A stretch of 64,000 nt of DNA, from NCBI GenBank assembly GCA_023213395.1, contig CM041465.1:183465741-183529740 (forward strand). Reading direction: 5' to 3'. The translations under genes and the position numbers were made by a program. This document shows, piece by piece, positions 11,806 through 25,366 of the stretch; the first letter of the stretch is position 1; each line of letters begins with the position of its first letter. The notes under the pieces are model-generated. The model did not search any database. It was not told the DNA's origin and saw only the letters and a list, made by a program, of their open reading frames with translations. Source of the DNA: Cycas panzhihuaensis (taxonomy: Eukaryota > Plantae > Cycadophyta).

Positions 11806-14800
11806 GTCTAATCAGTTTGGTCACAAAATCAAGATCTCCAAAGTGTTGTATATACCTTCTTTTAAGCATAACTTGCTCCTTATAAGTCATGTAACTAAGC
11901 TTAACTTGAAGGTTGTGTTTGACACCGTCAAATGTGTCATTAACGATGGTGATTTTGTAATATCTCAAGAAGTTGAAGAGAATGGTCTATATAAGTTCTC
12001 TAATTCACTTGAGTATAGTATTGTTGCAAGTTCATTTGATACATTATGGCATGGCCAATATGGTCATTTGAATTACCACAGTCTTAAGTTGTCGAACAAA
12101 ATGCAAATGGTGCATGATCTCCCTCTCATACAAAAGGGTAACAAAATCTATAATGCATGTGCTTTAGGGAAACAACATAGAGAAAAATTTGTCAAATCCA
12201 CTTGGTAGGCTAAGGACAAATTAGAAGTGGTTCATTTTGACTTACGTGGACCAATCACACCTATCTCACTCGGAGGAGCTAAATACTTCATGACCTTCAT
12301 TGACGACTTGACCAAGACGACTTGGGTCTACCTTCTGAAGAACAAGTTGAAGGAATTTACAAAATTCAAGGAGTTCAAAGCCAAAGCAGAAAACTTCTCT
12401 AAGAAGAAGATCGAGATTTTGAGGAGCGACAATGAAGGCGAGTACTTGTCATCTAAGTTCACTACTTTTTGCAAGGATCATGGCATCAGGCAACAGTTGA
12501 CTACATCCTATACATCACAGCAAAATGGTGTGGCCGAGAAGAAGAATCACACCATTATTGAGATGGTTAGGCCTATGCTTAAAGCCAAGAATGTGTCTAA
12601 TGGTTTTTGGAGTGAAGTTGTGAATACAACTATGTACATTCTGAATAGAAATCCAATTGTGGTTGTTTGGAACATAACTCCTAAGGAGGCTTGGTCGAAA
12701 AGGAAGCCTTTTGTTTGTAATCTTTGAGACTTTGGTTGTACAACTTTTGTTCATGTACCTGATATAAAGAGACAAAAGCCTGATGGCAAAAGTCACAAAT
12801 GTATTCTTGTCGGATATAGGGAGTCAACCAAGCCATATAAACTCTAGGATCCCTTAGAGAGGAAGATTGTAATTAGTAGGGATGTCATTTTCAATGAGTC
12901 TGATAAGGAAATCATCTCAATTGTAAACGTTGATGCTAAAAGCAAGGAAGAGAAGGATGAGATTGAAGAACAGAGTGAAGAAAGTAAAGAAACTCCTATA
13001 GATATTCCTTCTTCCACTACTCCTCATAAAAAGTTACCTAAGTGGTATACTCAGACCTTAACGATTCCAAGGTTGGTGACATAGATGCTAGTGCAAGTGT
13101 TCAAACAGGAAACAAGGTTAATGTTGCCTTAATGTCTAATGTTTTAAACAATGATGAACCTAAGTCATTTATTAAAGCCAAGGATGCACCCCACTAGCAA
13201 ACAACTATGTAGGAGGAGTATAACTCTGTTATGAGGAATGACATGTGGGATCTTGTTGAACTTCCTTTAGGGAAGAAAACTATTGGTTGCAGATGAATAT
13301 ACAAGGTGAAGCATTATTCTAACGGTGACATTAATTGATACAAGGCTCGACTTGTGGCTAAGAGATATGCATAGATCGAAGGTGTGGACTTGGAGGAGAC
13401 CTTAGCACCTATGGCCAAAATAACCACTATCTGAATGCTTGTTACACTTGCATCTCATTTTGGTTGGGAGCTTCACCAAATGGATGTTAAGAGCATCTTT
13501 CTTCATGGCATTCTAGATGAGGAGGCTTTTATGTAGCAATGCGAAGACTTTATATAGGTTGGTGGAGAGCATCTTGTATGCAAGTTGAAAAAAGCCATGT
13601 ATGGGCTTGAGCAGGCATCAAGGATGTGGTATTCACGCATTGATGAGTACTTCATCTCTTCTGGATTCACTAGGTATGATTCAAATCACAGCTTGTATAT
13701 TAAAAATAAGGATGGTGAGATACTTATTGTAATTCTCTATGTAAATGATCTCATTATCACTAGCAGTAGCATTTTACAGATCAACTATCTCAAGAAACAT
13801 CTTTCTAAAGCTTTTGAGATGTCTGATCTTACCATTCTACATTACTATCTTGGTAGAGTTCTAGCAGAATGGTGACAACATTTTTGTATCATAGTCCAAG
13901 TGTGCACATAGTTTGTTGAAACATTTCCATATGGAGGATTATAAGCCAATGGCTACCCCCATGGAAGTTGGCCTCAATTTGACTAAGGAGGTAAATGATA
14001 AGGCTATTGATGGTACTCTATATAGGTAGTTAGTGGGTAGCCTCATTTACCTCACTAATACTAGGCCTAACATCAGTTATGTTGTTGGGGTTGTAGCTCA
14101 TTTTATGAGTGCTCCATCCATTTCTCATTGGAAGGCAACAAAGCACATGCTGAGTTATATCAAGGGCACTATTAGCTTTGGACTCTTGTTTTATACAGCT
14201 GATGAGTTCAAAGTGCATGGCCATACTAACTCAAATTGAGTTCGAGATGTTGATGACCAAAGATCTGCTTCAAGATATGTGTTTGCATCTAGTTCTGGTG
14301 TGATTTCTTAGTGTAGCAAGAAGCAGGCAACTATCTCATTGTCTTCTACAGAGGCAAAGTACAAAGTCACAATTGTAACTACTTGTCAGGCAATTTGGCT
14401 GAGGAGACTACTTGGACACTTTGAGCTTTTGCAAGATGATCCTATATTACTGTTTTGCAACAATCAAGGTGCAATTCAACTGTTGAAGAATCTTGTTTTC
14501 TACGCAAGGACAAAGTATGTGGAAGGACATCATCATTTTATTTGAGAGCAGGTATAGAGCAAAGCAGTTGAGTTAGTGTATTGCCCAACTGAGGACCAAC
14601 TTGTTGATATTATTTCTCACTAAGGCTTTGAGTCGTGAGAAGTTTGAAACGTTCAAAAGCTCTTGTTTGTGAGAAATAATGACTTACACATTATGAGGGA
14701 GTGTTAAAAATAATGTGTACCTCATATTCTTTTTCTTAAGTGGATTAATGTAACACATTAGGCAGATTCTCTCAAGAGTTGTATTTCTATTTTTCTCTTA

Positions 14801-15067
14801 GACATGCAAGAGCATGCATGAGGTGCATCATGATGTTTCCTTGCTTTACAACTTTATTCTTTGCTCTGCACTCTCATTAAAAATGAGAAGTGGTCTTGCT
14901 CTCAAAAATTGATTGAATTGATTGATTGAGGCATTGAGAGTAAATTGAGCCATTGTACTCTTTGTGTTCTAATGCAAGATTATTTCTTGTAATTCTTATG
15001 CAATTTCTCATGTCAGTGCTCTCATTTCATTGCTGAAATTCAATCTTGTTCTATCATATTTTTGACA
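11806..15067 (+). mobile_element. Ty1/Copia D, 5'-truncated (end of PR, INT, RT, RH, PPT, 3' LTR ~14702-15067)
   Basis: ORFs 11843-12208 (LWHGQYGHLN), 12227-12727 (FIDDL, RSDNEGEY, QQNGVAE), 13585-13875 and 14339-14545. PPT ATGAGGGAG at 14693-14701, then TGTTAA. Confidence 0.9.
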
Positions 15068-15699
15068 ACTCATACCTCATAATCAAAAATTTATAAAAAA
15101 AAAAAGAGGTTATGAATTTTTTTAGATGATCTAATTAGTATAATCAAGAGTACAAGCTACAGTATCATCACAAAAGATATATGATGAATAAAAGAAACAA
15201 ATCCTTGTAAATATGAAATGCAAGGGGAAAAAGACATTAGCTGAAACAAACTCATCATAAGTAGATTGAGATTTCATGAGATGAATTCAAGAAAAATTCC
15301 TCAAGATCTGTTATAAGAGGAATGAATCAACAATTAGAACATATGCTAGGGCTTGTAAGTGGCAACAAACAAAAAGAAAAATCCCACTTGTGAAATTTTC
15401 CATTCAAACATTAGTATGAATTATTAAGAAATAAGTATCTAGAAGATACTTTAAGAATTCATAAAGAATAAGTATGATTAGAGAATTAAAAGATTATCTG
15501 CAATCAAAATATATAAGAGGTGTCATTAGAGTTCTCATTGAGATAAGAGAATAAAGGAGCATATAAAACAATATGTGTCCCCATATGAATATTTTGAGAA
15601 TTAGTTATGATGCATAGACAAGACAACACTACTCAAATCTACTATTAAGGGATGCAATAAATTATAATGAGTGATGAAAAAGTAATTTCTAGGAAGAAT

Positions 15700-15791
15700 T
15701 ACCATATACCAATGCATATGCAATCCCTAATGCTTCCCATTATATGATTGTGTAATTTTGTTATGCCCTTGTTAGCTTTCTGCTTGCAAAT
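15700..15791 (-). pseudogene. Ty3/Gypsy RNase H fragment, distal piece split off by Copia E
   Basis: Minus strand reads FASRKLTRA*QNYTII*WEALGIAYAL, continuing HPISF from the other side of Copia E. Confidence 0.8.
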
Positions 15792-18700
15792 TGTTGGAAT
15801 AAAGCCCACAATAGAGTGATTACCCACATTGGAGTGATAACCCATATCTTGGGTAAATATCTTGTGGTAGCACATAGTCAGGCATTTGTCAACACCAAGT
15901 GGTGGTGGACCTTGAAAGGTGTCCCAAATCCTCTTAGTTTCACCTATGTTTACATGGGGTCTGAAGACCCTATTGTTCATCAACACCACCTTCCTTACAG
16001 ATTATTGGTTATGCTCTCTTCTTCCCCATTGCTTTGCATGTGCTTTGCTCTTCCCTTTTATTTCCATCATTTGGTATCAGAGCCATTGTTGGAGCAATGG
16101 AGTTTAAATCTTGTTGCAATGATTCTATGAGAGCTTTCCTATCCATTTATGTGTCCCTTTGTAGATCTATTTGTGTACAAGGATTCGTCTTATTGCCTAG
16201 GAAATACAATCTCTATGTATGCTCTTACAGATACAATTGTAGCCACGTATGTTTGTTTTCTTTCCATCATAGGCAAGCTCTATAAATGTAATTAATAGTG
16301 TGTGTACTATTTACATGTCTATGCTGGGTATTTCTATTGAAATATTTGTCTTTGTATTTATGCATTGTACACTGCATACCTCGCAAAGTTAAGCGTCCAA
16401 ACTACATGTGAACCCTATCTGTTTATGTCTTTGTATTGAGTTTGCATGAATTGCCATTACTCATCTGGTGCCTTTGTGTTGGATTCTTGGGGCAATGCAC
16501 ATTCTACGTTTAAGAGACTTGATCCAATGCTTAGAATTTGAGTACAACTGCATACATCTTATTGCGTCTATGTCCCATACCTGAGAGTGTATTGAATAGT
16601 AAGATTTACAATCTTTAAGCAGTAACTCCTTTGGCAAGCGTTCTAGATGAGAGTATTCATGCATTGCCACTTAGATTCTAGATGTCCTCCGTGTCTAATT
16701 TATGCAGAGTTTGTATATGTTTACATCCACGTCTATTTTCTACTGTTAATAACCATATCTCCACCAGCCTTTTTTTCCCTTCATGTTGACGAAGATGAAT
16801 GTCTTGCTATTAATATCTTAGTTGGGTGCATGTTTTTTAAATTTTGGTGCATGCGTTACGTGCTTGGACATCTCCACTCTCATGTGTCGATATCAGCCTG
16901 CACTTTGGCATTTTGGCATTTCGTTTTTTTTTATTCTTGCATTCGAGGCACAGTGGCTATGATGTTCGCAACATCCCTGCTGATGAATACATCTTGAACT
17001 AGCGCATTTATTTCAAATAACAACATTTATAAGTTGATTTTAGACTAACACGTTTGCTTCAGAGGCTTACATGTTTTTTTTTTTTTTTGGTAGAGGCGAT
17101 GCTAGCTCAGCAATGTGGCAAGCCTACATACATAGTCACATCTGAGGTTTGAAGGGACTTCAATTCTCGGTGAATCGCATTGCCATTTTCTAAAGTCTAA
17201 AAGTACACTCAGTGTGTAGGAGGCAGTCTCAGGCTGAGCTTCCATTCTAATATGCACAGATAATCGCCCACATATCTCTGGTAGGTCATTTGTCTACATT
17301 GGTGGTCTCAATCTTAGAAGTCAAGTTTGAAGGTTGCACAGACAGTCTAGTAAAGTTATTTGCATTTACTCATATTTCATATTTCAGTGAATTCAATTGC
17401 CTTGAAGCCTCTGTCACTAAGCCTGCAAGTCATATAGAGCAGCAAGGTGACCAAAAGATCATCTTTTAAAGGGGCTTAACTACATTTTTAAGGAGGTTGC
17501 TTCATGTTGAGTACCTGACTCAGCTTCAGCAAGCAAAACATTCACTTGTGGGGTCCATTTTCAGATCTGTCAACCCCAAACCATTCTTCATTCCCACCTG
17601 AACAAAATGAGTGGTCACATGCCTATATTGGATTTGCATTTTATAGTTCATTTAATGACTAAAAGTTGATGAAAATTTTCTTTATAGTTCATGTGCTAAA
17701 GGGCTCTTTATTAAATTTGACCTCCTTGCACTAAAGCATAACTTGATCATGAAGTGTCAAAATCAAACATCGCTTGAAGCGTTGGACTTGTATTTTGATC
17801 CTCTATTGAGTGAATGGTCTTTTAGATATTTTTGAAGTCATTTGATGTACTATTTTTATGCTCCAAGTTGATGCTAGTTTGTGGGCTTCCTACAAATTGA
17901 CCCCTTGAATAAACTTAGCAAAACTTCACATTGTAATCACGATTAATATAAAATTTTATTTTGGAGGAGGTTGAGTCCTAGTTGAAACACTTGTGCATGT
18001 CCTAAAGTTGAAGAGAGACAATTTGGCTTGTGTTTTTTGAGTGTCTTTCATTGCCTTGTTTAAGTGCATTTTCAATATTTCATTAAAGCAATTTATTTTT
18101 AAGGCAATTTCTTTATCATGGCCTCTAGCATAAGCAATGTAATGGTACATAAATTTGATGGTACCAATTTCTTAAATTGGAATTGTAGAATGAAACCTAT
18201 TTTTATGTCAAAAGATATGTGAGACTTGATTGAGATAGGATATGGGGCACTTGATCCTAATGCTACTGAAAATAAAAAGAAGACCTACAAGGAAATCGAA
18301 AAACGAGATAATAAAGCATTGGTATTTATCTTCTGCGCATTGGAGGGCCACATCTTTCCAAGTGTCAGTGAGGTGACTACATCAAAGGAGGCGTGGGAGG
18401 CTCTAAAGACCACCTACGAAGGAGTTGCTACATCAAAATTTCAAACACTAAGGAGTAAGTTTGAAAATTATAAGATGAATAACAATGAAAGGATAATTGA
18501 TTTTATAACCAAAGTACAAGACCTAGTCAATCAAATGAGGGTCTTAGGTGAAGTCATTAGTGAACGAAAGGTGGTAAAAAAGATCCTAAGGTGTATTAGT
18601 GACATTAAAAGGTTTGAAATGGTAGCAACAAACATGGAGGTCTCCAAAGACCTAATTACACTCAAGATTGATCAACTTAGTGCAATGTTAATTGCAGTTG

Positions 18701-21700
18701 AACGAAATAAGGAGGGTAGTGAGTCATTACAACATGCATTTACCATTAAAGCAAAGATTAGGCTAACCTTTAGAGGTCAAAGTTTTAAGGGAAGAAGTCA
18801 ATCTCCTAGAGGAAAATGACTTAACTTTAGAAACCAAGGGTAATTTCATCATAAACAAGGTCAAACTTATCAAGGTCAAGGGCAAGGATAATACTATCAA
18901 GGTCAAGGTCAATTCCATCAAGGACAAGGTCAAGGACAAAGACAATATTTTCAAGACCACTTTAACCAAGGACAAGGGCAAGGTTTTGGACCTCAAGGAA
19001 GAGATAGAGGACAAAGTCCAATGGGAAGGAATCAAGAACAAAGAGGAAGGAATCCTAGAGGTAGAGGAACAATGCAATGTTCCTATTGTCATAAAAGTGC
19101 ACACCTAGAAATAAATTGTTTCATAAAAAGGTCCAACATGCAAAGAGGAGCAGCCAATACAACAGTTGAAGAACCAAGGGAGAATGAAAGACTCTTCTTA
19201 TCAAGTCTAATAACAAATAAAGAGGAGGATAGTTGATATATTGACACAGGATGTTCTATTCATATGACACATAGAAAAGAATGGTTCAAGGAATTGGACA
19301 ACATTAAAGAAAGAAAACTCATGTTTGGAGACAATACTACTCAAACTGCAATTGGTAAAGGAAATGTAGTCATGCAAACAGACTTTGGAGAAACTATACG
19401 CATCAATAATGTACTCCATGTCCTTGCACTTAAAAAAAACTTGTTATTAGTGGAACAAATGATGGAGCAAAAGTACAAAGTTATCTTTGACAATGGTGAG
19501 TGTACCATTAAGGACAAGTTGAATAAGGCAATAGTTGTTAAGGGTCAAATGACTAGTGATAGATTATTTAAACTAGTTATTCCCACAACTGATTACTATA
19601 CCTTGAAGGCATCAATTAATGTGGATAGTGAGACTTGGCCATGTAAACTCCAACGGCTTGGCATTAATGAAAAAGATGGAGATTGATTGGTCTACTTGGC
19701 GTTGAACATGGCAAAGAAGTATGTGAAGGTTGTATACTAGGGAAACAACAAATGAAAGGATTTCTTAATGACAATTATAGGGCAAATGGGCCTCTTCAAC
19801 TACTGTACATAGATCTATGTGAACCAATGGGTTACCTTCACTTTGAGGAGCTAAGTACTTCATAACTTTTATTGATGATTTTACAAAAATGACTTGGGTT
19901 TATTTTCTCAAGTTCAATTCAGATGCACTTCAATGTTTTATTGATTTCAAAGTCATGATTGAAAGACATAGTGGCCATAAGATATTAACCCTTAAATCAG
20001 ATAATGGGGGAGAATTCATTTCGAATGAATTCAAAGACTATTGTAGATACTTTGGGATAAGGAAATAGCTTACTAATCCCTACGCCCCTTAACAAAATGG
20101 GGTAGCAGAAAGGAAAAACAAGACCATTGTTGAAATGGCTAGGAACATGCTTAAGGATAATCATCTTAGCAATGAGTATTGAGCAGAAGCTATACATACA
20201 GTTGTTTATTTGTTAAACAAATACACAAGTAAGGTAGTGAGATGGGTGACACTAGAGGAAGCTTGGACAAGTCACAAAAAAAACATCAAACACTTGAGTT
20301 TTTAGGTGCATAGCTTATGCACATGTTCTAGAACAAATAAAGACAAAATTGAATGACAAAAGCACTAAATGTATATTTATAGGATATAGTGACTCATTAA
20401 GATCCTATAAATTATATGACCCTAAGACTAAAAGAATCATCATCAGTAGGGATGTCATCTTCAAGGAAGATGAATTCAATCAAGAGGAAGTTATTGAAAA
20501 AGACAAACGCAAAAGCATTATAATTAAAGCGGTTTCTAGCTCACGTGGTACAAATGTACCTAGTACAAGTAAAGTAGGACCATCTACTTCAAGTCAAAAA
20601 GTTTCAAATAGGTACAAAGTGGTCATAACCCTCAAAATATTTTAGATACAAACTTTGAGAGATGAACAACAAGATCTTGAAAAGTAAATTTTGCACTAAT
20701 GGCTCAAGTCATAGAGTCAAATGAGTCTCAAAACTTTGAAAAGGCAAATGACCAAGTTGAATGGAAAGATGCAATGAAGGAAGAATATAATGCCTTAATG
20801 AAGAATGACACTTGGGAGTTAGTTGATTTGCCACCTAGAAAGAATGCCATTGGGACAAAATGGGTCTGTAAGACCAAATATAAGTTAGATGGTTCCATTG
20901 ACAAATATAAGGCATGATTAGTTACAAAGGGCTATGTTCAAAATGAAGGCATGGACTATAGTGAAACATTTGCACCTATTGCAAGGTTAGAAATAGTTAG
21001 ATTAATAATGGCCTTAGCTGTACAACAGGGTTGGACAATCCATCAAATGGATGTGAAAAGTGCCATCCTTAATGGATATGTTGATGAGGAAATATATGTC
21101 CAACAACCCAAGGGTTTTGAAGTGAAAGGAAAGGAAGACAAGGTCTACGAATTCAAAAAGGCCTTGTATGGACTCCTAGAGCATGTACTCTAGGATTGAT
21201 AAATACTTTAAGGACAAAGGATTCCTAAGAAGCCAGTCAAACCCCAATTTATATGTAAAGTTGGAAGAAAGCTCAATATTGGTTGTGGGCTTAAATGTGG
21301 ATGACCTAGTATATACTAGGAATTGTGATTACTTGTCCTAAACTTTTAAGGAAGATATATGCAAAGAGTTTAAAATGATAGACTTTGGACTTATGGCAAG
21401 ATGAAAAGGGGATATTTGTGTCAAAAAGGAAATACATATTGGATATGTTGCACAAATTCAACATGGACAGTTGCAAGCCACTTGCAACACTAACAAAAGT
21501 TGGGTTGAAATTGTCTTAAGTTTGAGGAATCTGAATCAATTGATCCTACACTTTATAGGCAATTGATTGTGAGCTTTATTTACTTAACTTCAACTCAACC
21601 AGACATTATGTATGTAGTCAATGTGGTTTTCAGGTTTATGCATGAGCCTAATGTAAAACATTGACAGGCAGCCAAAAGGATTCTCAGTTATCTTAGAGGT

Positions 21701-22505
21701 ACTATTGGGTATGGTCTTCATTACAGATTATCAGGGGATTATAGGTTGATTGGTTATACAAATTCAGTCTGGGCAAGTTGTACAGATGACAAGACATCTA
21801 ATTCAGGTTATGCATTCAGTTTGGGTTCAATAGCAGTAACATGGAGTTCAAAAAAGTAGGCAATAATATCTCTCTCTACTATAGAAGTATAGAAAAAACA
21901 GTTGTAGCAGGAACTTGTGAGATAGTTTGGCTTAGGAGATTGTTTCAAGATTTACAAGAAAAACATATTGGTCCCACACAGTTGTTTTGTGATAATCAAA
22001 GCACAATCCAGATGACAAGGAATCCAATGTTTCATGGCAAGACAAAACACATAGAAACACAACATCACTTTATCAGAGAGCTAATACAACAAGGTGAATT
22101 GGAGTTGGTTTACTATAGCACGTAAGATAAGGTGGCAAACATCTTTACAAAGGGACTTGGCAAAATAAAGTTTATCAAATTCAAAGATAAACTTGGAGTC
22201 ACCCCAAATGGGCATTATGGGAGAAAAATGTTAGAATAATACCCACATTGGGGCAATTACCCACATTGGGTAATAACCCATATCTTGGATAAATATGTTG
22301 TGGCAATACATCGTCAAACATTTGTCAATGCTAGGCGGTGGTGGACCTTGAGAGATGTGCCAAATCCTCTCTATCCCGCCTATATTTACATGGGGTCCGA
22401 AGGCCTTGGTGTTCATCAACACCACCTTCCTTACAGATTGTTGGTTATGCTCATTTCTTGCCCATTGCTTTGCATGTAATTTGCTCTTCCCCTCTATTTC
22501 CATCA
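15792..22505 (+). mobile_element. Full-length degenerate Ty1/Copia E
   Basis: 5' LTR 15792-16069 and 3' LTR 22229-22505 (roughly 80-85% identical by eye). TSD CAAAT at 15787-15791 and 22506-22510. PBS TGGTATCAGAGCC at 16072-16084; PPT ~22217-22228; gag-pol 18118-22215. Confidence 0.95.
18118..22215 (+). pseudogene. gag-pol of Copia E, with a Q/G-rich Gag segment
   Basis: MASS..KFDGTNFLNW start, UBN2-type gag (ORF 18226-18819), knuckle CSYCHKSAHLEINC, *YIDTGCSIHM protease, INT, RT and RH fragments. Confidence 0.92.
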
Positions 22506-22510
22506 CAAAT

Positions 22511-23125
22511 GAAATAGGGTGATCGGCATTTTTGTTGTTAGGTTGTGCTAACATACTGTTTCCAAACTAAGAGGCATCAACATTGACATGGAACAATTTG
22601 TTCCAATCTGGGAAACACAAGATTGGAGCAGATGTGATGACATTTTTCAAAGCCTTGAAGGCCATTTGTTGCTCCCCTCTCCCTTCTCATTCCATGTCTT
22701 TCTTCAATAAATCCTCAAGGGGTCCTGAGATATGTTCATAACATTTGATAAGCATTCAGTACTATCCTGTCAGGCCTAGGAATTCTTTCAATTGCTTTTG
22801 CATAGCGGGGATTGAAAAGTTCAGTATGTTAAATACTGTCACTAGGTCTGTCAGTAATCTCTCTTTACTTACAATATGCCCCAATAGGTTGCTGAATGGC
22901 ACCAAGAATGTATATTTCTCTAGGTTTAAACAAAGCTTGTCGCCTCACCACGTCTGAAGCATCTTTCGCACATTGTTTAGTCGGTTTTTTGGGATCCCAT
23001 ACAATGTCTAGTCATTGAGAAGAATAGCAACCTTCTAACCAAGCATCCTTCTAAATATGTTTAGTACCATCCTATGAAATGTTGATGTTGGCATTTGTTA
23101 GGCTGGCATCATTTACTATGCATAC
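22511..23125 (-). pseudogene. Ty3/Gypsy RT-RNase H fragment (host of Copia E)
   Basis: Minus strand reads ...LNLEKYTF..LLGHIVSK..KQLKEFLGLTG*Y..PLEDLLKKD..AFKALKNVITSAPILCFPDWNKLFHVNVDAS..HPISF. Confidence 0.88.
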
Positions 23126-23898
23126 ATTCCCCATTCCATTACAAAAAAGGCAATATCATCATAATATAGCATGCATACATCAAACAGGGTCAAAATTCTT
23201 TCATAATCTGCCAAAAATAGATAAAAATGACAGAGACCTGACAGAAGTAAAAGAAAACAAAACAGGAATAAAAAGATGGCTTTTGGGGCAGTTGTATCTC
23301 CTACAAGTAAAGTTTAAGGCAGAAACATAACTTTTGATGTAGCTCGAACAACTTTAAAGGTTGTCCAAGATGCTTGGCAGCAGTCCATGTGAGTAGTGTG
23401 GTGATTTGTACAGTCTGTATGCCTGCCCATACTGTTTGTACAGTTTGCTGGTGATGGCCATGCACTTTGTACCTATTGCACCTGTTGTAATAATGAAGGC
23501 AAATCAAATTTAAGAAGGTAGTTAACCCTCAATAACCCAACTGCCTGCAACCAATGTTTGAATCTAGTTTTGTATTATTCATAAATAAGATGGTTTAACT
23601 ACCTGTACATTGACCCAAATTGGTCAACCTTAAGGACTAGCCCTAGGTTGCCCAGCTGGGGTCCAGTAATGCAGTTTCTAGAGCAACTAACTTTTGCCCA
23701 TTTATTTTGCAATTTCTAAGGCCTTTCTCTGGGCTGTAGCATACAAAATAGTTAAACATTTTGCCTCTTGACATCCTCTGCAATCCGAATTGAGTGTCAC
23801 CCTGTTTGGGAGAGTGCTATTAAAACAAAAAATGTGATTGTTATGTTTAAAGAATTTGCCAGTGACAATTTTTCTTGTGCTTTTATCGTTTGAATAGC

Positions 23899-24126
23899 GA
23901 ATTGAAGGTGGAAAACAATGAATTCAGAAGAGGGTGAAGAAGAATCGACTGGTTAAAACTTGATCCTAACTGTTATTTCTTTATTTTGGAACTTTCTTGG
24001 AACTTTATGAGTCGTCGTGAATTGAAGGTGAAAAACAATGAATTCAGAAGAGGGTAAAGAAGAATCGACTGGTTAAAACTTGATCCTAAATATTATTTCT
24101 TTATTTCGGAACTTTATGAGTCATCG
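23899..24126. repeat. Tandem duplication, 120-bp period, two copies
   Basis: GAATTGAAGGTG(G/A)AAAACAATGAATTCAGAAGAGGG... starts at 23899 and 24019, with few mismatches. Confidence 0.9.
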
Positions 24127-24670
24127 ATGCTACTTTCTGAATCTGCTACATAGCATTGTTACACTGCTTTTCTAAATGTTGATCTGATGAGGTAGATTGC
24201 ATTACCAGGATTTCTCATTATTTGTCGGCATACAGAAAACTGGGCTGGCATACATCAGTTGACATCTCAGCCAATGACTTATAAATCAGATTTGGCCAGC
24301 TTCTAAGCAAGAGGTTTGTGTTCTCTATCTGATGTGAAAACAATGCAAAACCTCAGAAGCTCATTTAAGTTTTTTTGGTTTGTTTCCATTTCAGCCACTG
24401 GCCTGTAACAGTATGTCCCTCGTCAATCTAGGCCTTGTTAACCATACAATATCTATCCTCGACCAAGGGAACACGCAGATTGAACCTTCAGTAAATGGAA
24501 TCCTGAAGCTTTTGTCTGTTTACCAGGTCAAATGTCATTTGATTGATGAGAGATGTAATGCAATGATTTTTAACATCTACCGAGGTGAAAACTAACTTAT
24601 GGAACCTCTTTAAGTGTCATTCGCACCACCAAAAATCATTTGATCAATGATCAATAACAATGATGATAAT

Positions 24671-24859
24671 TGGGTCCAAGAGAGACAACAGAGCTAGCTA
24701 CCGGGCTTGTTGGGGGTGAGGGGTGTTTTGTGGTAGTTTAGCTAGGCCATGGGCCTGTCATGGCCATTTTGTTTCGTCTATGCTTGAGGGGCGACTGATA
24801 TATAAGGTTTTGGGATCCTGTTAAAACCCATATTAATTCTTTTACCTTACCAAAAAAAC
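24671..24859 (+). mobile_element. 189-bp retroposed insert (5'-truncated LINE 3' end or SINE)
   Basis: Flanked by 15-bp direct repeat AACAATGATGATAAT (24656-24670, 24860-24874); ends in a short A-tract. Confidence 0.75.
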
Positions 24860-25366
24860 AACAATGATGATAATCAATAAAGATGCCTCCAAAACGGCAC
24901 TGTTTAAGAATGTGTTACAGTCTCCACTTTGGAACACTCACTTGCGCCACATTGATCACATACACGTAATTCCATTGCAATGTCAGACGGGAAAGTGGGC
25001 CTGATCCATGCAAAATACAAGCCCTCGGCTGGATATATAAAGGCAATAATTTCATTATCATGGGGTCGTGGTGGCACCCAACTCCATCGAAAGATGTCTC
25101 CATTTGGGGAATCGGACCCTTTTTCATCTACATAGGGGCACCTAGGAATTGCTGTAATCGCTAATGGCGGCATTTGCCAACAGCTGGTCCCGAGATCAAA
25201 ACCCATAGAATCATCACAAGCACAAACAACAGAGGCCCCACCGCATAAAGCCAGACCCTACCCACTTTGGAGAACGGAGATTACAATCACCTCGGATGGC
25301 TTGGCAAGGTTCTCACTAGTGCACACAGATATAAAGCACTGTTCATCTGCAAGGAAAGAATCAAAC

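Noticed and set aside
6910-15067. C and D as a single full-length Copia
   Set aside because: The LTR before the 9934 PBS does not match the LTR at 14702, and no gag lies between them.
15816-16130. Similar ORFs at 15816 and 22285, and at 7067 and 9367, suggesting duplicated genes
   Set aside because: They are translations of paired LTRs.
24904-25206. 100-aa minus-strand ORF next to the FAHD exon
   Set aside because: It lies downstream of the exon-1 GT donor and has no FAH or other recognisable motif; treated as intron sequence.
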